DNA from: an uncultured virus (IMG/VR IMGVR_UViG_3300017971_000268)
Lineage: Duplodnaviria; Heunggongvirae; Uroviricota; Caudoviricetes
DNA length: 64,000 bases
Virus record (IMG/VR): IMGVR_UViG_3300017971_000268
Direction: 5' to 3' (one strand)
In this document: piece after piece, positions 45,401 through 54,380 of the stretch
Layout: every line of letters begins with the position of its first letter
Numbering within the stretch: position 1 is the stretch's first letter
Position numbers and translations under genes: made by a program
The notes under the pieces: generated by a model
Seen by the model: only the letters and a program-made list of their open reading frames with translations
Databases searched by the model: none
Told to the model about the DNA's origin: nothing

Positions 45401-45442
45401 ATTGTAAGAACTAATGTGATTCCTAATATTAAAGGTAATTAG
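42425..45442 (+). CDS. terL: terminase large subunit with intein; spliced product about 647 aa
   Basis: LRPLQ, GMRGGK|S, VLDELSRF, ISSP, ICVDQG..D, TYDQWSS, DHPSSGSKDYSDAV. Confidence 0.9.
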   Translation: MGIGDKLLDKNYEPSSQPTNRIESPFFKKIIKCPVNFTEDIIEYVESPEFLGMTLRPLQRKFLEELFYVNPDGSYKYEQGVMCCGMRGGKSHSIKEQILMYDGTLKEIGKIQIGDIVMGPDSTPRKVLNTSRGESEMFEIKQSCADTYIINDAHILSLKKAQSVNCSLGKNRKSNVRYGNEPDIVNIPIKEYLKKSKKWKYFFRGYKAGLIKFEEQPISIDPYLVGQWLADGHATELRITKTDADLKEWIYKFAKENDLIVKEYQKKNTIAKDFYFDKSNGNSNKIWNEFKKLNLPDNKHIPQCYISNSKEIRLELLAALIDGDGHHRLNRHGYDIAFSNETLAMDTKRLADTLGYRTHIQKKKTSCKNKETGYNFEGEAWRLSIYGNVWEIPCKVKRKQYVHNGKRTNKEEGLSSLKVTSIGWGKYAGIGVDGDNLYCLADGTVTHNSWTAAFITTFMTQLMLKYDNPAQEFGQAPGTRITGQIIASSEVQAKETAYAAVESILDYGHWWQKYIAYLKEREETEGKHTLYQELKLAREFPEKNVAVLSLHSNSAALAGKTSYCVVLDELSRFDVADGMVQSRTQKSTANAVYDTVARACSSLKQISKVVTISSPMYEDDYTMRLLCMAKDCWVGEMSPIIDALRNKTVTKVPTLYGMHATTFELNPKTEENPGGFVRGEDFESARLQNPEAYNRDYLACPPSTVNPFFEFPEKIDRVVIDREKKVAFSDKMIEESIQTANGIEMRMYIGKNIMPLKPDKMNKYYICVDQGEKRDHFALAMGHVESMPIDVTNDKGDIEKASRLKIIIDFVTGWIPDKQNRITVSFANVEEVIKVLCQSFHVGVVTYDQWSSAESIQRLFSEGVNTQQLGATLSMYETFKQLIYQGQLELPKHEILLKELKQLTLIKGKKLDHPSSGSKDYSDAVCRVCWLCYEDYIMETVHGQHMLPYKQNLPTLRSVASAYEIMRQNDMNPHGAIWNQSQSGQGVFGDTFIVRTNVIPNIKGN
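42695..43768 (+). mobile_element. TerL Walker-A intein (LAGLIDADG, 358 aa, Ser1)
   Basis: GK|SHSIKEQILMYDG...VTHN|S; WLADG and LIDGDG. Confidence 0.9.
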
Positions 45443-45998
45443 AAATTATAGAGGTTTGACAGAGAAGAACTGACTTTTTATAATTATTATATATTGGTTT
45501 TACATACGTTTTCCAGTATTTATATTTTCTTCTATTACTATTAGTTCCTGCATGGTACATTCTAGATGCTTCGGCTTTATTTCCTCTCGCTTTTTTTAAA
45601 CAATACTTCAAATAGCCTATTCCTAATTTTAAATTTAAATCAATATTGTAAATGTCATTAGGGTTTCCTCTATAATGAAACGCCATGACTTGCATCAATC
45701 CTCTCGCATTAGATTTTGATTTAGCATATTGCATCTTTTTTAATGTTGGTCGCCATATTCTATGATAAGATTCTTTATTAATAATAGCACATACAAAGCG
45801 AGAATCTATTTTATTTTTCTCACTCCACATATAGATTCTATAAAAAATCTTTTGTGACAACCAGGGATACATCTTTTTTAATTGGTGACAGTATAATTCT
45901 CTTTTAATTTCTAAAGAATTAAGAATAGTAGGTGAATAACATACCACCATAAAAACAGTTATTATTTTAATGTAGCGAAAGACTATGTTTTTTATCAT
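45429..45998 (-). CDS. lytic transglycosylase (SLT domain) with N-terminal signal/anchor
   Basis: AIINKES, ARGLMQVM, NLKLGIGYL, YHAG. Confidence 0.85.
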   Translation of the reverse strand: MIKNIVFRYIKIITVFMVVCYSPTILNSLEIKRELYCHQLKKMYPWLSQKIFYRIYMWSEKNKIDSRFVCAIINKESYHRIWRPTLKKMQYAKSKSNARGLMQVMAFHYRGNPNDIYNIDLNLKLGIGYLKYCLKKARGNKAEASRMYHAGTNSNRRKYKYWKTYVKPIYNNYKKSVLLCQTSIISNYL

Positions 45999-45999
45999 C

Positions 46000-47112
46000 T
46001 CATTTTACTTTATAAGTCTTATTCAAAAACTCTGAAAATTCTTTTCCCTTTACGAAAGGCTGAATCCAGATGAGCTTTGTATCTAATCTACCTTTACCGA
46101 TTGGTTGATTTCTCCAATGCCCTCTTACAGTCCATTGTCCAGAATATTCACGCTTTATACCATCCCGTTCTGTTAAGTCAAGTGATTTTTTATAATTTTT
46201 ATCAATAACTATTTCTCTTCCAAGATAATAATAAGGTAAGTTAGAATACTTTTTTGCTCTTTTTATTTTCTTTTTGCTTTTAAGATTTGATATGTCTTTA
46301 GGTTTTATTTCTATTGGTTTCTTGTCTTGTGTATTTATATAAAGTAATGTGTTTATTATAAAGCAAAAAACTTTTTCTAAAAATGCCCTACTATAATCTT
46401 TTCTATTCAACATTTTAGGAAGTTTGTCGTTATCATCTAAAATACCTTGAACCTGTTCAAATATATCTCCCTCCTTAAATAGAATATTCCAATAGTAAAG
46501 AGAATTTCTGGGGTCACTTCTTGCAAGGAATTCATCACTAATAGCTACAATAACAAGACTTTTTAATACATCACTACTTGCGCAATGATGATGTCCTTCA
46601 GACATTTCAAGAGGATTAACTTCATCTTTATCTAGAAGGATAACGTAAAATCCATCTAAAGGAATTCCAGTAGGGTTTATAAATTTTGTTGTTTTTGGTA
46701 AAGTTATATAAATACATCTATATGGACTTCTTAAAAAGAATGAATCTATTTTTTTTATTTCAGTATCTAAAAGCATTTGAGTTAAATCTTCTGTTAATCT
46801 AAATACTTTCTTTCCAGACTTATAGAACATATATGGTGCATATGTTTCCCAAAAGGCTGCACGTTGTTCATCGAGAGATCTCCTAATAGATTTAGGACCT
46901 CCTTTATAAACCTTATCATCGATTGTCATTACTAATGATAGTATTCTTCTATCATAGATATAAGCATCATAACCGCTTACTTTTTCAGCATTGTCCATAC
47001 TGTCCATTAATTCACAAAAACCTTTATCAGATTTAAAATAATCTTTTAAAAGCATATCCATATTTTCTATATAGCTTTCATAATGAATTCTATTATGATG
47101 CTTGTCGCCCAT
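46000..47112 (-). CDS. phage hypothetical protein with C-terminal VRGHWR motif
   Basis: WTVRGHWRNQPIGKG...IWIQPFVKG. Confidence 0.75.
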   Translation of the reverse strand: MGDKHHNRIHYESYIENMDMLLKDYFKSDKGFCELMDSMDNAEKVSGYDAYIYDRRILSLVMTIDDKVYKGGPKSIRRSLDEQRAAFWETYAPYMFYKSGKKVFRLTEDLTQMLLDTEIKKIDSFFLRSPYRCIYITLPKTTKFINPTGIPLDGFYVILLDKDEVNPLEMSEGHHHCASSDVLKSLVIVAISDEFLARSDPRNSLYYWNILFKEGDIFEQVQGILDDNDKLPKMLNRKDYSRAFLEKVFCFIINTLLYINTQDKKPIEIKPKDISNLKSKKKIKRAKKYSNLPYYYLGREIVIDKNYKKSLDLTERDGIKREYSGQWTVRGHWRNQPIGKGRLDTKLIWIQPFVKGKEFSEFLNKTYKVK

Positions 47113-47124
47113 TTCACAACCTCC

Positions 47125-47556
47125 TTAATCCATTTCTGCAATATCTTCGTCTGTTATTTCTAAACAATCAATCTTATCTCTACAATCCTCTAAAAAGATA
47201 TGGAGGAAAGGAGCATTTATTCTAGGACTTAATCCTCTAACTAGAGTACTTCCTATATCATCTTTGTATTTCCAAACAGGAATGTTAAACTTATTATATC
47301 CCCAACCATCATCAAATTTCTCAAAAATATGTATTATGAGTTTTTCGTCAACTCCACACCTATCAAATCCTTTAGGCATACCTAAAAAGAATTTACCAAT
47401 AACAGGAAATCCCCTTGTACCTACAACGTGCTTACCTCAACTCATACACTTTTCATCGTGTTCATATTCTCCAAAGCAACCATCTTCAGTACTACTTCCA
47501 CAAACACAACCAGGACATTGATATTTTTCTATTGCTTTCTTTATATCGTCTTTCAT
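47125..47556 (-). CDS. Cys-rich protein interrupted by in-frame TGA (candidate selenoprotein or pseudogene)
   Basis: AAGGAG RBS and ATG at 47556; YQCPGCVCG...CMS-TGA(47437-47439)-GKHVVGT...LGMPKGF continues in frame into track ORF 47125-47379. Confidence 0.7.
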
Positions 47557-47557
47557 G

Positions 47558-47824
47558 TTACTTCTCCTTTTTAATAGAAATTTTTAGAAAAGAATTCTTA
47601 CCATCCCATCCATTATTAATAGGTAGATTTTCCAGACACCAATGTACTTTTGGGGCTTTATCTTTTTTAACCATCTTCTCATAATATTTATAATGTTGTG
47701 ATTTTCTAAAACAATCAAAACAATAATAAAAAGTATATCCCAATATTGTTACTGTTTCTAGTCCAGAATCATCATCACACAAACAACCACATTCATCACA
47801 TTCAACATATAATAATTTAGCCAT
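47558..47824 (-). CDS. Zn-finger hypothetical protein
   Basis: CDECG...CFDC. Confidence 0.65.
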   Translation of the reverse strand: MAKLLYVECDECGCLCDDDSGLETVTILGYTFYYCFDCFRKSQHYKYYEKMVKKDKAPKVHWCLENLPINNGWDGKNSFLKISIKKEK

Positions 47825-47826
47825 TA

Positions 47827-48207
47827 TTAAATCTCCAATAATCTTTCTATTACTGATACAACTCTATTTAAAAATACTTTTCTTTGATTACTATCTCCAG
47901 CTATGCCAAAAATACTGTGAAATGTTGTCATTATGTCTTCAATAGCCTTGTCTCTTTCTTGTTTAGCTTTGTCTATATACATATCATCTCTTGGCAAACC
48001 CATCCTCCATTCTTTTTTAAACCTGTCTAGAACTTTTGATGAGAATTTGTGGTACTTATCCATCTCTGCTAATCTAGACATAGGGACTGCGGGATTGAAC
48101 ATTGAGGCATAAACATTCTTGCAAGTGTTCTCTAATCCTATAAAGAACTCGTTCATTTTAAAATCAACTCTTGCTTGAACTTCTTTTTCTATATTATTTT
48201 CGTTCAT
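47827..48207 (-). CDS. hypothetical protein
   Basis: Tightly packed ORF. Confidence 0.65.
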   Translation of the reverse strand: MNENNIEKEVQARVDFKMNEFFIGLENTCKNVYASMFNPAVPMSRLAEMDKYHKFSSKVLDRFKKEWRMGLPRDDMYIDKAKQERDKAIEDIMTTFHSIFGIAGDSNQRKVFLNRVVSVIERLLEI

Positions 48208-48209
48208 AA

Positions 48210-48725
48210 TTATTTAGTCTCCATAAGTTCAGTATAGTTGAATTTCTTTTTTAAAGATTCTTTTATGTTTATATAATCTCCGTCAGATTTTAAGAAATCA
48301 TTATTATATAAAATAATGTATTTGCGAACTTTAAGTTTCATTTCTACAAAATCTTTTCCATCTTGAGTTATTCTATAATATCCTACTCGGTTGCTACCAT
48401 CATCTCTTCTTCCTTTTTGTTTTTCTATTAAATTGAAAAATCTTAATTTAGGAAAATCTCCTCGAATGGATGGAGGTATATTTTTTATCTTTTTCAAATA
48501 ATCTTCTACATGAAAAAATGAATTATTGTTCTCTTTATTCTTTTTATAAATCAATATTAATGCATAAGCCATTGCTCCTGTTAAGGATCTTTTATATTTT
48601 TTTGCTACTTGTCCACAACAAGGACATGTCTTTAATTTAAAAGTATCTAATTCTTTTAAGAATTCTTCTTTAACTATATAAAAAGGTCTTTCATCTATTA
48701 ATATTCTTCTCATATTACACCTCAT
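48210..48725 (-). CDS. Zn/winged-helix hypothetical protein
   Basis: CPCCGQ...KLRFFNLIE...GYYRITQDGKDF. Confidence 0.65.
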   Translation of the reverse strand: MRCNMRRILIDERPFYIVKEEFLKELDTFKLKTCPCCGQVAKKYKRSLTGAMAYALILIYKKNKENNNSFFHVEDYLKKIKNIPPSIRGDFPKLRFFNLIEKQKGRRDDGSNRVGYYRITQDGKDFVEMKLKVRKYIILYNNDFLKSDGDYINIKESLKKKFNYTELMETK

Positions 48726-49240
48726 TTTTGTTCTTTATTTTCTTCCTCTTCAACGGCTCTCCTTTCATTGTCCATTATTATGTGATGTCTTTTACAGAAC
48801 CAATCAACATCGAGGACTTTCTCTTTCTCATAACTGTAATGATGTGCCTCTAAGTCTTCTGTTTCCCTGCATCTAGGAAATTGACACTTACATCCAGACG
48901 CTATTTTTCCGTTTCGAATTGCTTTGCGAACAGTTTCACGAGCATAAACACGCTCTGGGTAGCGTTCTCTCTCAATCTTTTTGTAATGATAATTGTCCTG
49001 AGAAATCCCCCCTTTCCAATTAGCGTTTTCTTCTCCCGATTTAGATTGTAATCTTTCAATCGCTTCGGGAGATCTCTTTATTTTATATTTCTGCAAAGCA
49101 TTCTTCACTTCCTTTGCTGTTCTATCAAACATATCACCAAGCTCTTGATTAGACTTGGTTTCTGCCAGTTCTCTTAATTGATCCCTTTCAGCTTTAGTCC
49201 ATCCTTTAGTTCGGCTCATCGTACCACCCTCTTTGTTCAT
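48722..49240 (-). CDS. HTH + HNH endonuclease-like protein
   Basis: WTKAERDQL HTH; NANWKGG; CQFPRC...LEAHH...WFCKRHH. Confidence 0.7.
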   Translation of the reverse strand: MNKEGGTMSRTKGWTKAERDQLRELAETKSNQELGDMFDRTAKEVKNALQKYKIKRSPEAIERLQSKSGEENANWKGGISQDNYHYKKIERERYPERVYARETVRKAIRNGKIASGCKCQFPRCRETEDLEAHHYSYEKEKVLDVDWFCKRHHIIMDNERRAVEEEENKEQK

Positions 49241-49297
49241 TTGTTTTTCTCCTCAATATCTTTATCTATCAATCTTCTTAGTTGTATACATTAGGAA

Positions 49298-49828
49298 TCA
49301 AACTCCTTTAAACTTTTTATTAAGCATTTTAACTATATCATTGTGAGTCATAGAGTCTGTTAATACTTTTTCTTCATCCGGTTCATCGTGAAGATACTTT
49401 TCTACCATCCAATATTCATTAGCATCAGGTTTTTCATCATGCATTTTCTTTTCTCTCTTTTCCATATCTTCTTTATAAAACCAGCATCGAGAATCATTTG
49501 CTACACAAATCATACATATAGTCCCTAAGACTCTTTTAATAGTTTCGTAACCTATTTTATCTGTACCATAAATATTTTCCATTCTTTCCCATAAAGAATC
49601 CACATCTTTTTTAGGGGCTTGTCCTGACTCTCCAATTATAAATGCAAATTGAAAATAACCTCCAGAATTCACAATGTTTCTTGAAGATATATATTCCGTA
49701 AAAATTCTTTTAGCTTTGTTGTATGTAGACATGCCCATTTTCTTTTGAGCATTTTTAATAAAATCACTCTTTTCTAATTTGTCCGGTGATATTGAAAAAG
49801 TTTTTTGAAAATTTTTTAAAGGCATCAT
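49298..49828 (-). CDS. hypothetical protein
   Basis: ORF with GAGG RBS. Confidence 0.65.
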   Translation of the reverse strand: MMPLKNFQKTFSISPDKLEKSDFIKNAQKKMGMSTYNKAKRIFTEYISSRNIVNSGGYFQFAFIIGESGQAPKKDVDSLWERMENIYGTDKIGYETIKRVLGTICMICVANDSRCWFYKEDMEKREKKMHDEKPDANEYWMVEKYLHDEPDEEKVLTDSMTHNDIVKMLNKKFKGV

Positions 49829-50151
49829 TTGACCTCCTCATTATTAAATCTTTCAAACACATGATAAACGGTATCTTTTATTATAAAAGTTTTTATATGT
49901 TTTCTAATAATACCTTTATCATATTTGATTTCAGAACCTGTGAAAAACATTTCAAATATCCTCTCTTCAGTATCTTCTTTTGCTTCAATATTTAAAAGAA
50001 CCCAAATATACGGTTTATCATTATGAACAACTATGTCTAATATTTCAGATCCTTTTGGTAAAGTTGCTTTCCACATTCTTCCATAAGTTAAATTGTATTT
50101 CCATACAGTTTTTATAACTGTTATCTCTTTTTTAGATTTTGACTTACTCAT
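49825..50151 (-). CDS. phage hypothetical protein
   Basis: VWKY...LPKGSEIL...TG...VYHVFE. Confidence 0.65.
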   Translation of the reverse strand: MSKSKSKKEITVIKTVWKYNLTYGRMWKATLPKGSEILDIVVHNDKPYIWVLLNIEAKEDTEERIFEMFFTGSEIKYDKGIIRKHIKTFIIKDTVYHVFERFNNEEVK

Positions 50152-50689
50152 TTAGACCCCTCTCTAATTCTTTTAATTCTTTTCTCAAAGATGTCTCACC
50201 TATTCTAAGATAAGCCAACATTATTCTTAATGTTTTATTCTTTCCAGTAACTTTTAATATTTTTTCTGTTAAATTATATTTTCTTCTCCATCCTTGAACA
50301 GATGCCAGAGATATTTCCATTTGCTTTGCCATTTCATAATCATTTAATAGATACTCTCCTTCTTCATCCTTTTTATTAAATTCTAAAAATTGTGCAATCT
50401 TTTCATCTGGCCAAGGTTCTCTTAAAGAACCTCTTCCATTACTATAATTATGATGGTTAAGACGTTCTTTGTTTCTTTCTTCTATTCCATCAGACTTCTT
50501 TTCTTTCCAGTAAGGATGTCTATTTCTAGCATAGTTAATATCATCAGAAGTATACCCTGTAATAATTACCCACCTTCTTGCTATCCTACCTTTTCTTCCA
50601 CTAGGTATAGAACTGTTTAGACACATATCTATAAATTCCATAGGATTTTTTGCGTTTAATATTTCTTCCTCCGTATATCCTTGTTTCAT
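50144..50689 (-). CDS. HTH-like protein, paralog of 53221-53736
   Basis: CLNS...GRK...ARNRHPYWK...WPD. Confidence 0.75.
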   Translation of the reverse strand: MKQGYTEEEILNAKNPMEFIDMCLNSSIPSGRKGRIARRWVIITGYTSDDINYARNRHPYWKEKKSDGIEERNKERLNHHNYSNGRGSLREPWPDEKIAQFLEFNKKDEEGEYLLNDYEMAKQMEISLASVQGWRRKYNLTEKILKVTGKNKTLRIMLAYLRIGETSLRKELKELERGLNE

Positions 50690-50700
50690 TTTAGAACTCC

Positions 50701-51498
50701 TTATCTATGACGAGAACTCCTAATAGCTTCCATAAGCAACCACAATTGTTTATTTAGCTTAACTTCTTGCTGAATGTTATTAATAGTTCTTGTCTTTCTT
50801 TCTCTGTTTGCACTATCAGTATATTCAACGCCACCCTTTATTACATTTTCTTGAATGATATTAAATATTTTCCAGAGATTATCTTCTTTGTCTTCCTCTC
50901 TGCGAGGTTCTATCAACCTCATAGGCTCAATAGATTTATTATCTTCTCCAAATCTTAATAGATGAGCTGATTCCGCTAACCATTTCTTTTCATTGTTTGC
51001 GAGTTTAATTGTTTGGTACTCTTCAATCTTTGAGAAGATTTGTGAGAACCCACTTACGATTTCTGTAATAGCTTTTTCTATACTAATGAAATCAACGTTG
51101 ATATGTTTCACAGAAAGATTGCCGAAGATTTCAACCGGAGTAATCAAACCATTTCCGCACACAAGTTCATTAATAGCAATGCTCATCATTACTCTGTATG
51201 ATCTGTCGTGAGAACCAGTATAATGAAGCTCCGGTATCCTGTCTCCAACTTTTGTGTACTTTGCCTGGTCTGGCGTTCTGAAACGTATTGAGTGTTTTTG
51301 AAAACCCATATACTTTTCATCTCTCGGTATGCTTTGTTTAACTTCTGCGGGATACCAACCAAGCTTTTCCATATCATCTATAATCTTATAGGTTGGTATG
51401 TATACATATTTGTCAGACACATCTTTTGCTGGACTCATAGCATAAACGCTAGGAGCTTTGGCTTTAATTTGTTCTTTGGTTAAAAAAGTATGTTCCAT
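50701..51498 (-). CDS. DUF932/DUF945-family protein
   Basis: APSVYA...SDKYVYIPT...LVCGNGL...PRREED...LWKIFNIIQEN...LNKQLW; start MEHTF after TTAGCAGGAGG. Confidence 0.85.
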   Translation of the reverse strand: MEHTFLTKEQIKAKAPSVYAMSPAKDVSDKYVYIPTYKIIDDMEKLGWYPAEVKQSIPRDEKYMGFQKHSIRFRTPDQAKYTKVGDRIPELHYTGSHDRSYRVMMSIAINELVCGNGLITPVEIFGNLSVKHINVDFISIEKAITEIVSGFSQIFSKIEEYQTIKLANNEKKWLAESAHLLRFGEDNKSIEPMRLIEPRREEDKEDNLWKIFNIIQENVIKGGVEYTDSANRERKTRTINNIQQEVKLNKQLWLLMEAIRSSRHR

Positions 51499-51511
51499 AT
51501 TAATCCTCCTG

Positions 51512-51862
51512 CTAAGAATCAATTCTTAATGGTTTTGTAAATACATCAAGAAGTTTTTTTGCTTTACTTTTATCTTCTTTCTTTTTTACCTTTGCTTTTC
51601 TTGTCTTCCATTTCTTAGAATATGGTGTTACAAGATATCCATCTTTATGCATTTCTGCTTTATGTTCCCATATTAATTGTTTAGTATCTGGTACTAATAA
51701 TGTTTTGGGAGTGCCGTGTGTAGGTTTTCCTTTCTCGTCTACCCTTCTATAAAGAAAAGGACCTTTATCGCCTCTTGTTTTTATTGCGAAGGTTGTTCTT
51801 TCCTCTCTTCGAAATTTATCATAGTATTTAATTTTAACATATTCCATATTACTACCCCTCAA
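51512..51862 (-). CDS. basic hypothetical protein
   Basis: ORF in operon. Confidence 0.6.
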   Translation of the reverse strand: MRGSNMEYVKIKYYDKFRREERTTFAIKTRGDKGPFLYRRVDEKGKPTHGTPKTLLVPDTKQLIWEHKAEMHKDGYLVTPYSKKWKTRKAKVKKKEDKSKAKKLLDVFTKPLRIDS

Positions 51863-52250
51863 ACCAATACATTTCTTCTTTAATCGATTTTAATCTGTTA
51901 ATACATTCAGAAATCAGAATGAAATTGCTTTTTAGTTGAAGTACTAATAAACCGATTGCTTTTTTATTAAAATCGGTTTCTTTTTCTTTTTCTTCCTCTA
52001 GTTCACGAACTGTCTTTGCAACATAGCTTCGACATTTGCCTAGATACGTTCTTAATTTTGTAATGTCTTTTTTGTTTATTGTATGATTCTTTGGGTGAGT
52101 TAATTTATTTATTATATATTTACTATCATCGTCTATTTCAAAGTTTTTAAGATAAGCCAAATCAGAAATCATTGATACGACTTCTGAATCTTTCTGTTCA
52201 TTCTCATTAAATTGATATTCATAATAAGTTACTTTTGATTTTATATCCAT
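51852..52250 (-). CDS. hypothetical protein
   Basis: ORF with AGGAGG RBS. Confidence 0.6.
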   Translation of the reverse strand: MDIKSKVTYYEYQFNENEQKDSEVVSMISDLAYLKNFEIDDDSKYIINKLTHPKNHTINKKDITKLRTYLGKCRSYVAKTVRELEEEKEKETDFNKKAIGLLVLQLKSNFILISECINRLKSIKEEMYWFEG

Positions 52251-53002
52251 TGTAAGAACCTCCTTATAAAATAGTTCTTTTTTACATATCTTTTAATAGC
52301 TTTTTGATATCTCTTCCTTGTAAGAGTTCTCATTCCAGGGGCAGAATTTACTTCGTAAATATAGAAGTTGCCAGTTTCAGAATTAAAACCAACGTCTACT
52401 GCACCAAAGACAAGCCCTAAACATTCAACAGATTTTATTATCTGTTCTTTCATTTCTCGTGGTAATCTTTTCTTATATCTTATATACTTATAACCTTTTT
52501 CTAGATTCTTTATCCAATGAGAATAATAACCTTTTTTTAAAACTTTCTCGTCTGTGTGAAAGACTCTTCCATCCATAACGTGACATCTGTATTCAGTATC
52601 ACATTTTACAAACTCTTCAAAGTAATAATCATCAAAACATCGAGGCAATTCATATTTAGACTCTATTAATCTCATACCTCTCCCTTGAGAATGGTTTGTA
52701 TTTTTAATAACTATAGGAAACGTTTCGGGACAGTTAGTAAAATACTTTGGGGTTGTAATATTATTTTCTACAAAAAGTTTCTTCATTTTTAATTTGTTGA
52801 TGCAATTCCTTATTGATTCTCTAGAATTAAATTCCAAATCACCAATCATGTTTTTATTTTTAAGATATCCAAATCTTATTATGACAGAACATTTGTAGAG
52901 AGGGAATTTAAATTTCTTATGACTTTCGTAATAAGATAAAACAGTAGGACACTCTCTTTCTTTTCTAGTCCAAAAATATTTTAATAGTAAAGCATCAACC
53001 AT
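52241..53002 (-). CDS. ATP-grasp ligase (RimK-like)
   Basis: NKLKMK, FPIVIK..HSQGRG, EYRCHV, FGAVDV, YEVNSAPGM. Confidence 0.85.
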   Translation of the reverse strand: MVDALLLKYFWTRKERECPTVLSYYESHKKFKFPLYKCSVIIRFGYLKNKNMIGDLEFNSRESIRNCINKLKMKKLFVENNITTPKYFTNCPETFPIVIKNTNHSQGRGMRLIESKYELPRCFDDYYFEEFVKCDTEYRCHVMDGRVFHTDEKVLKKGYYSHWIKNLEKGYKYIRYKKRLPREMKEQIIKSVECLGLVFGAVDVGFNSETGNFYIYEVNSAPGMRTLTRKRYQKAIKRYVKKNYFIRRFLQWI

Positions 53003-53005
53003 TAT

Positions 53006-53224
53006 TTACCATCCTATAAATGATTCCCAAACATCAAACGGAACTCTAAAAGATTCTTTAAAAGTTCCAGTTCCATCATCTGCCCTTTTAATAAACTTAT
53101 CATCTTTTATCGTTACCTCTACAGGAATCTTTCTTAATTGTGTTTTGAACATCTTATTTATCTTTTCCAATTTGTGTTCAGTATCAATGTTTGTGATTGT
53201 GTAAACTGTACTTTCTTTCATCAC
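53006..53224 (-). CDS. hypothetical protein
   Basis: ORF in operon. Confidence 0.55.
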   Translation of the reverse strand: MMKESTVYTITNIDTEHKLEKINKMFKTQLRKIPVEVTIKDDKFIKRADDGTGTFKESFRVPFDVWESFIGW

Positions 53225-53736
53225 CCTCTCCTACTCAACTCTCTTAAATGAGCCTCACATCTTTTCATTAATTCAATAAAAGCCTTACTAACTCTTTTTG
53301 TTTTTCTTATCTTAAATATGAGATTTCTTTTTCTCCTCATATGTTGAATACTTGGTATCGTTGTCTCAAACATTTTTGCAAGTTCTCTATCACAATGAAT
53401 ATATTTTCCATTTTTATCTTTCACATCAACTTCTAGAAACTTTTTAATGTCTTTATCGGGCCAAGCTATTCCATGTCCTCTATCTTCTGTGTAGTCAAAC
53501 TCACTCCAACGTGCCATATTTCTAACTTGATATCCTTCCTGTTTCTTTTTCTTCCAGTAAGGGTGTCTGTGTCTTGCATGTTTGATATCTTCTACGGTAT
53601 GACCTGTTTTCTCCATCCACTCTTTTGCGAGAGCAATCTTTCTTCCTCTCTTTATTTTACTATTCAAACACCTATCAATATATTGTTCCGGTGTTTTAGA
53701 ATTAAGTACTTGTCTTTCTGTAAAATTATTTTCCAT
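53221..53736 (-). CDS. HTH-like protein, paralog of 50144-50689
   Basis: CLNS...GRK...ARHRHPYWK...WPD...ELAKMFETTIPSIQ. Confidence 0.75.
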   Translation of the reverse strand: MENNFTERQVLNSKTPEQYIDRCLNSKIKRGRKIALAKEWMEKTGHTVEDIKHARHRHPYWKKKKQEGYQVRNMARWSEFDYTEDRGHGIAWPDKDIKKFLEVDVKDKNGKYIHCDRELAKMFETTIPSIQHMRRKRNLIFKIRKTKRVSKAFIELMKRCEAHLRELSRRG

Positions 53737-53738
53737 TT

Positions 53739-54347
53739 CTACTCCTTTACAATCTTTAAACTTACAATATTCTCTAACTTGAAACCTAATTGTAAAATTT
53801 CTATTTCTTGAAGACCCGTAGAGGTTTGCCTATTATAGGATTCATATCCTTTCTTTGCACTTTCTTGAAGGTAAGGTTCTATTTCTTCATAGTCAACAAC
53901 ACTCTTTCCAGCTTTGTCTGTGGTATACTCAACACCAATTTTAATTCGATCTTTACGAATAGCAAATCGAACATATTCGTCTCCACTATCATCTTCCTTT
54001 TTGTTGTAAAGCATTCCACGAATCTTCTCATACCCAGATTCCTTAAAACCTGTACTACCATCATTCTTTTTTTCTGTGTCTGGATATAATATAAGACCGC
54101 CTTCTTCTGTACACTGTCTGAAATATCCTCTCTCATCATAAACAAGTGTATAGATTGTGTGTTTGTAAGCTTTTTTAGAAGGATTAGAGCCGCCTTCTTT
54201 CATTTTAGGAAGTTCTTCTTTAGAAACCCCCTGTTTTTTCAGATAGTTCCTTTTATTGAGGACTTTCGCATCACTACGATACTTTAATTCGAATTTCGTT
54301 CCGTTAGTTATACCTAACGCATTTTCCCTAATAATCTCCTGTTTCAT
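53739..54347 (-). CDS. hypothetical protein with its own promoter and operator
   Basis: TTAGCAGGAGG RBS; promoter upstream. Confidence 0.75.
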   Translation of the reverse strand: MKQEIIRENALGITNGTKFELKYRSDAKVLNKRNYLKKQGVSKEELPKMKEGGSNPSKKAYKHTIYTLVYDERGYFRQCTEEGGLILYPDTEKKNDGSTGFKESGYEKIRGMLYNKKEDDSGDEYVRFAIRKDRIKIGVEYTTDKAGKSVVDYEEIEPYLQESAKKGYESYNRQTSTGLQEIEILQLGFKLENIVSLKIVKE

Positions 54348-54380
54348 CCTAAACCTCCTGCTAAAAAGTAAATTGAATGA

